Source: an uncultured Planctomycetaceae bacterium (lineage in GTDB: Bacteria; Planctomycetota; Planctomycetia; Isosphaerales; Isosphaeraceae). From it: DNA of 64,000 nucleotides. Location: NCBI GenBank assembly GCA_963833985.1, contig CAWIAD010000001.1, positions 1,888,001 to 1,952,000 on the forward strand, read 5' to 3'. The notes under the pieces are model-generated. The model saw only the letters and a program-made list of their open reading frames with translations, was not told the origin of the DNA and ran no database searches. Both the position numbers and the translations under genes were made by a program. Positions 58,547 through 64,000 of the stretch are shown here, in pieces (within the stretch, counting starts at the first letter, position 1; every line of letters begins with the position of its first letter).

Positions 58547-61465
58547 ATGCAACCGACCATGCGACGCCGGCTCCTGATCGTGGCACTCGGGCTCACCCTG
58601 ACCGCCGCATCCTGGCTGGGCGCGCAGACCATGAACGCCTGGCATCTGGACCGTGAGCTGCGCCTGGCCGAGCACGATTTCGCCGCGCGCCGGCTCAGCG
58701 AAGCCAGGCAGAGGCTGGCGCGCCTGGCCCGCCGCTGGCCGGAACGCGGCGACGTGGAGTACTGGCTGGGCGTGTGCGCCATGGGCCAGACCGATCCCGA
58801 CGCGGCCATGGCCGCCTGGCAACGCGTTCCCGAAGACTGCCGCGAGGCTCCCCTGGCCGAGCTGGCCCTCGGCCGCGTCGCCATCGAGGGGTGCCATTAC
58901 ATCCTCGCCGAAGCGTCGCTCCAGCGTGCCAGCCGCAGGAATGCCGAGGTCGGCGCCGAGGCCCGCCGCATGCTCGGCTGGCTGTACTGGATGACGGGCC
59001 GGCACGATGAGTACCAGGCGCTGTTGCGCATCGAGGCCAGCGAGCTGGCCGACCCGTCACGCGTCCTGCGCAAGCTCTGGGACCTGGACAACGAGCCCTT
59101 CCCGCTGGAAACGATGACCCGAACGCTCGACCAGGCCGACCGCCTGGCGCCCGCGGACGACCGCGTCTGGCTCGCCCGCGCCAGCCTGGCGACCCGCGGG
59201 GGCCGGCTGGACGAGGCCGACGGCTGGCTGGCGCGCTGCGAGCAAGCCCGTCCCGACGATCCGGTGATCTGGAACGCGCGGCTCGACTGGGCCATGGCCG
59301 CCGGCCGCCCCACGGAGCTGCTCCGCGCCGCGGCGCACCTGCCCGCCTCATCCTTTTCGCGGCCCCGCCTGCTGGCCATCACGGCCTGGCTGGCCGCGGC
59401 CCGCGGCGAGCGCACCGCCGAGCAAGCCGCTCTACAGGAACTGCTTCGTCTCGACCCGGCGAGTTTCCCCGCCATCGAGCGTCTGGCGGGCCTGGCCGCC
59501 GAGCAGGGCGACGCGCCGCAGGTCGCGGAACTACGCCACCGCAAGGCCGAGCTGGAGGTCGCGCGCGAGCGCTACCGATCGCTCGTGAACCAGCCGGACC
59601 CGGCGGCCAGCGCCGCCCTGCTGGCGCACGCCGCAGCCGCACTCGACCGGCGCTTCGACGCCCGGGCCTGGTGGAAGCTGGCGGCGCAGCGCGACCCCGC
59701 GTACCAGGACGAAGCGCGACTCGCCATCGCCCGCCTCGGTGATCGCCCGCAGCCGGAGGCGGCGGCTTCCGGCATGCTCGCGGACCTGCTTGGCCCGCGG
59801 GCGCCCGGCGGCGGCCCGGCGGTTCCGGCGGCCAGGGCCGGTGCAGCCATGGCGTTCTTCCGCGACGACGCACTGCCAGCGGGCTTGCACTTCCAGTTCC
59901 ACAACGGCCGCAGCGACAACCGCCAGCTTCCCGAAACGATGAGCGGGGGCATGGGCGTGCTGGATTTCGACGGCGACGGCTGGCTGGACGTCTACTGCGT
60001 CCAGGGCGGGCGGTTTCCTCCGCCGTCCGGGTCGCAGCCATCTGGCGACCGCCTCTTCCGCAACCTCGGGGGCGGGCGCTTCGTGGACGCCACCGTTTCC
60101 TCGGGCCTGGCCGGCTTCGCCGGCGGTTACGGCTTCGGCGTTGCCGTCGGAGACTACGATAACGACGGACGGCCAGACCTCTTTGTCACGCGCTGGGGGG
60201 CCTACGCGCTGTACCACAACCTCGGCGCAGGCCGTTTCGAGGACTGCACCGCGCGGGCCGGGCTGGGCGGCAACCGCGACTGGCCGACCTCCGCGGCCTG
60301 GGCCGACCTCGACGGCGATGGCGACCTGGATCTCTATGTCTGCCATTACCTCACGTGGAACGCGCAGAACCCCGAGATCTGTCGCGATCCGCAGAGCCAG
60401 AACCCGACTTACTGCGACCCGCGCTATTACAACGCCCTGCCGGACCACGTCTTTCGCAACGACGGCGGCCGCTTCGTGGACGTCACCCGTGAAGCCGGCA
60501 TCGTGGACACCCAGGGGCGTGGGCTGGGCGTGCTGGCGGCTGATCTGAACGGCGACGGCCGCACCGACCTGCTGGTCACGAACGACACCACGGCAAACTA
60601 CGTGTTCGAGAACCAGGGCGGCTTCCGATTCGTGGAAAAGGGGATGGACTACGGCCTGGCCACGAGCGCCAGCGGAGGCTACCTGGCGGGTATGGGCATT
60701 GCGTGCGGCGACTTCGACGGCGACGGCCGCCCGGATGTCGCCGTCACCAACTTCTACGGCGAGTCGACCACGCTGTACCACAACCACGGCGAGGGGCTCT
60801 TCAGCGACGGTTCGGCCGCCGCCGGCCTGGAATCCGCGACCCGGGCCATGCTCGGCTTCGGCCTGGCGGCCGTCGACGTCAACAATGACGGCAAGCTCGA
60901 CCTCGCCCAGGCCAACGGACACGTGGGTGACTTCCGGCCTGCCGTCCCGTATGCCATGCCCTCGCAGCTCTTCCTGGGTGACGGCAGCAGCCGATTCAGC
61001 GATGTTTCCGACCGCGCGGGGCCCGTCTGGACGGTTCCCCGGCTTGGCCGCGGCCTCACCGCCGGCGACCTCGACAATGACGGCCGGATCGATCTGCTCA
61101 TGGTCGTCGAGAACGAGCCCACCCTTTTTCTGCATAACCAGTCCGCCGCGTCCGGTCACTTCTTGACCCTTCGGCTGGAGGGAACCGCGTCCAGCCGTGA
61201 TGCCGTGGGCGCGCGAGTGGCGGTCACGGCCTCCGGCGTCACCCGGGTCGCGCCCCGGTTCGGTGGCGGCAGCTACATGTCCGCGCTCGATCAGCGGCTG
61301 CACTTCGGGCTGGACCAGGCCCGCAAGGTCGACCGCATCGAGGTCTTCTGGCCTTCCGGCAAGCACGACTCGTACGACGACCTGGCGGCCGACCAGGGAT
61401 ATCGCCTGCGCGAAGGCGACCCGGCGCCGCAGCCGCTTCCCGGCTTCGGCGCCAGGTCTCATTGA
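58547..61465 (+). CDS. TPR + FG-GAP + ASPIC/UnbV (CRTAC1-like) protein
   Basis: N-terminal TM and TPRs; many DxDGDGxxD repeats; GGGSYMS…LHFGL…WPSG. Confidence 0.9.
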   Translation: MQPTMRRRLLIVALGLTLTAASWLGAQTMNAWHLDRELRLAEHDFAARRLSEARQRLARLARRWPERGDVEYWLGVCAMGQTDPDAAMAAWQRVPEDCREAPLAELALGRVAIEGCHYILAEASLQRASRRNAEVGAEARRMLGWLYWMTGRHDEYQALLRIEASELADPSRVLRKLWDLDNEPFPLETMTRTLDQADRLAPADDRVWLARASLATRGGRLDEADGWLARCEQARPDDPVIWNARLDWAMAAGRPTELLRAAAHLPASSFSRPRLLAITAWLAAARGERTAEQAALQELLRLDPASFPAIERLAGLAAEQGDAPQVAELRHRKAELEVARERYRSLVNQPDPAASAALLAHAAAALDRRFDARAWWKLAAQRDPAYQDEARLAIARLGDRPQPEAAASGMLADLLGPRAPGGGPAVPAARAGAAMAFFRDDALPAGLHFQFHNGRSDNRQLPETMSGGMGVLDFDGDGWLDVYCVQGGRFPPPSGSQPSGDRLFRNLGGGRFVDATVSSGLAGFAGGYGFGVAVGDYDNDGRPDLFVTRWGAYALYHNLGAGRFEDCTARAGLGGNRDWPTSAAWADLDGDGDLDLYVCHYLTWNAQNPEICRDPQSQNPTYCDPRYYNALPDHVFRNDGGRFVDVTREAGIVDTQGRGLGVLAADLNGDGRTDLLVTNDTTANYVFENQGGFRFVEKGMDYGLATSASGGYLAGMGIACGDFDGDGRPDVAVTNFYGESTTLYHNHGEGLFSDGSAAAGLESATRAMLGFGLAAVDVNNDGKLDLAQANGHVGDFRPAVPYAMPSQLFLGDGSSRFSDVSDRAGPVWTVPRLGRGLTAGDLDNDGRIDLLMVVENEPTLFLHNQSAASGHFLTLRLEGTASSRDAVGARVAVTASGVTRVAPRFGGGSYMSALDQRLHFGLDQARKVDRIEVFWPSGKHDSYDDLAADQGYRLREGDPAPQPLPGFGARSH

Positions 61466-61606
61466 TCCTGAGGACCCCCTCCCGGAACAGCAAGCGGAAT
61501 GAGCTTCCGCCTCGGGCCCGGGACAGGCCTCTGAGCTTGTCCTCTGTTGCCTTGCCGGGAGGATTGCCGGCCGCTTCCAGTGAAGGAAAGCACCAGGCTT
61601 GCCGCC

Positions 61607-63208
61607 TCAACCGCTGGTGGGCCTGGTGATGTCGATCTTCGGAAAAAGCGGCGCTGGCTTGCCACCGCTGAGGGTGGCCGTCACGCGGAGCGACATCTCC
61701 CCGACCGGGTGGGCCGCGTCGCCGTACGACACGCGCTCCCAGGCGGCCTGCTCGCCGAAGTTGAACGCCGAGTAGAACGTCTCGGCTGTACGCGGCAAGA
61801 ACGGCTTGATGAGGATCGCCGCCACGCGCACCCACTCCGCCAGGTTCAGGAGCACGCGCCGGCAGGCTTCCAGATCGGTCTTCGCCAGCTTGAAGGGCTC
61901 GGTCTCCTGGGTGTAGCGGTTCGCCCGGTCGACGACCTCCAGCCAGATGCGGCCCAGAGCGGTGCTGTAATCCAGCTCGGTCATCGCCTCACGCAGCTCT
62001 CCCACAAGCGCGGGGAGGTCGAGATCGCCGCGCCAGGCGGTCAGGGCCAGCCCCTGCGTGCTGCCCAGGTTCCCCTCGAAGTACCGCACGCACATGGTCA
62101 GGATCCGGCTGTACAGGTTGCCCAGATTGTTGGCCAGAGCGCTGTTGTACACGTCGGCGAAGCGCTCGAACGAGAACTCGCCATCGCCGCCGAAGGGGCA
62201 CTGGCTCATGAAGTAGAAGCGGAAGGCCTCCGCGGAGAACTGGCTCACCAGGTCCATGGGCTCGACCACGTTGCCAAGGCTCTTGCTGAGCTTCTGAACT
62301 TCCCCGGTTTCCTCGTTCTTGCGATGCACGAAGCCGTGTCCGAACACCTTGCGCGGGGGCTCGACGCCCGCCGAGAGCAGCATCGCCGGCCAGAGGACGC
62401 AGTGGAACCGGGTGATGTCCTTGCCGATCACGTGCAGATCGGCCGGCCAGAGCTTGTGAAACCGCTCCTCGTCGCTGCCGTAACCGATCGCCGTGATGTA
62501 GTTGAGCAGGGCGTCGAACCAGACGTAGATGGTCTGGCCCGGGTCGAACGGCACCTTGATTCCCCAGCTCAGCCCCTTGCGGGTGATGGCCACGTCCCTC
62601 AACTCGGTTTCCACGAGGTTGAGGATCTCGTTGCGACGGCTTTCCGGCTGGATGAACTCGGAATGGGCCGCGTAGAAGTCGAGCAGGCGGTCCCGGTACG
62701 CCGAGAGGCGGAAAAAGTAGTTCTCTTCCTCCAACCAGGCCAGCGGCGTGGCGGGATGCAGCGGACACTTTCCCCCTCCCTCGGCCACCTCCTTCTCTGT
62801 CTTGAATGCCTCGCACCCGGTGCAGTAATGCCCGGCGTACGTCGACTTGTAGATGTCGCCGGCGTCGTACACCGCCTGGATGAACTTCTGGCAGCCCCGG
62901 TGATGCCGCTCCTCGCTGGTCTGGATGAAGTCGTCGTTGGAAATCTCCAGGGCACCCCAGACCTCCCGGAACTGCCGGGCCATGTCGTCCACGTAGGCCC
63001 TGGGCTCCAGCCCGAGCTCGCGAGCGCGCAGGGTCACCTTGTTGGTGTTCTCATCATTGCCCATCAGGAAATGGACCGAGGCGCCCTCCATGCGGCGGAA
63101 CCGGGCCTGTACGTCGGCCCCGATCTTCTCGAAGGCCGTGCCGATGTGCGGGCGGCTGTTGGGGTAATCGATCGCCGTCGTGAGGTAATACCGCGTCGCG
63201 TCTGCCAT
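61607..63208 (-). CDS. metG: Methionine-tRNA ligase, short form
   Basis: YLTTAIDYPN, DDFIQTS, CTGC…CPLH knuckle, YVWFDAL, IGKDI, KLSKS, LANNLGNL. Confidence 0.93.
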   Translation of the reverse strand: MADATRYYLTTAIDYPNSRPHIGTAFEKIGADVQARFRRMEGASVHFLMGNDENTNKVTLRARELGLEPRAYVDDMARQFREVWGALEISNDDFIQTSEERHHRGCQKFIQAVYDAGDIYKSTYAGHYCTGCEAFKTEKEVAEGGGKCPLHPATPLAWLEEENYFFRLSAYRDRLLDFYAAHSEFIQPESRRNEILNLVETELRDVAITRKGLSWGIKVPFDPGQTIYVWFDALLNYITAIGYGSDEERFHKLWPADLHVIGKDITRFHCVLWPAMLLSAGVEPPRKVFGHGFVHRKNEETGEVQKLSKSLGNVVEPMDLVSQFSAEAFRFYFMSQCPFGGDGEFSFERFADVYNSALANNLGNLYSRILTMCVRYFEGNLGSTQGLALTAWRGDLDLPALVGELREAMTELDYSTALGRIWLEVVDRANRYTQETEPFKLAKTDLEACRRVLLNLAEWVRVAAILIKPFLPRTAETFYSAFNFGEQAAWERVSYGDAAHPVGEMSLRVTATLSGGKPAPLFPKIDITRPTSG

Positions 63209-63439
63209 CGTATCGTTCCGATCCCCGGCTTCCTGGTTGACCACTGCCTCGACATTGCCGGCCGGTCCCCGGCGCACGAGTGCCCACTCAGTCCATCCAT
63301 CGATCATGGACACGCAAGCGCCGGCAAGGGTTCCGAGACGAGGGCCGGAATCAGAACATCATACCAGCAGCCAGGCCAACGGGCCGGACGAAACTGCGGC
63401 CGCGCTCGTGAGCGGCGCCGCCGGGCCCTGGCCCCGACC

Positions 63440-64000
63440 TCAGTTCCGGTACCATTGCATGATGATCGGATCGATCAGTCCCAGGATCGTCGAGACCACC
63501 GTGGCCACGAACCACATGACCATGAGCGAAGTGGAATTCTGGAGGAAGGGGTTGCCCGGAACCGCGAAGGCCCAGCAGCCGAACGCGATCGTGGCCGCAA
63601 GCGCCTTCCACCACGGCCAGGACCGTACCGGCGGGCGAGCGAGGTGGTGGCTCGCCAGGCCGCTGAGGTAGCTGAGAATCAGCAACAGCGGCGTCATCAC
63701 GATCAGCCCGCCCAGCATCCACCAGTCGTACGCCGTATGACTGACCGGCTCGGCCACATGGTTGATATAGGCGTACAGGCTTCGCGAGGCCGGAACTGCC
63801 AGCCAGTACAGCGTGATGGTCTCGGTGGGGATGAAATCGACCAGCCGTTGCAGGGCCGTACTGACCGCGGGGGGCGGCTCGACGGCGCGGTTCTCCGGCG
63901 CGATCACGCGCGCTTCCACCGCCTCGCGCGTTCCGACTGGGGGCAGGTCCCGGGAGACTCCCCCGCGCAATGCGCCCTTGGCCTGAAGGGCCCTTCGGTC
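63440..64000 (-). CDS. Hypothetical multi-TM protein, probably 5'-partial
   Basis: LVDFIPTETITLY followed by three or four hydrophobic helices and WAFAVPGNPF. Confidence 0.6.
   Translation of the reverse strand, partial: DRRALQAKGALRGGVSRDLPPVGTREAVEARVIAPENRAVEPPPAVSTALQRLVDFIPTETITLYWLAVPASRSLYAYINHVAEPVSHTAYDWWMLGGLIVMTPLLLILSYLSGLASHHLARPPVRSWPWWKALAATIAFGCWAFAVPGNPFLQNSTSLMVMWFVATVVSTILGLIDPIIMQWYRN

Overview
This is a GC-rich bacterial chromosomal window. The gene content (DUF1559 protein, LEPR-XLL surface protein, ECF sigma/Ser-Thr kinase pair, PEP-CTERM protein, stand-alone spdEFG1-like fusA) points to Planctomycetota, probably Isosphaeraceae-like; that assignment is inference. It carries housekeeping genes (xylB, ispG, gabD, fusA, an HtrA protease, clpC, metG), envelope and transport genes, and two insertion sequences: an IS4-family element with an exact 11-bp target duplication, and an IS630-family element abutting a GTAG-type REP doublet. 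There is also a 37-bp non-coding tandem repeat and an unannotated 50-aa membrane microprotein. About a dozen genes are broken by single-base frameshifts, most likely assembly errors rather than real pseudogenes. The most interesting region is 41.4-51.4 kb: a divergent module of [beta-helix LEPR-XLL surface protein + TIGR03032] <- -> [ECF sigma with a DASD motif + membrane Ser/Thr kinase-WD40-TPR]. It is flanked on both outer sides by orphan 3' remnants of genes of the same kind, which suggests an exchangeable sensor/output cassette. No rRNA, tRNA or CRISPR array was recognised. All family calls come from reading motifs by eye; no database search was run.
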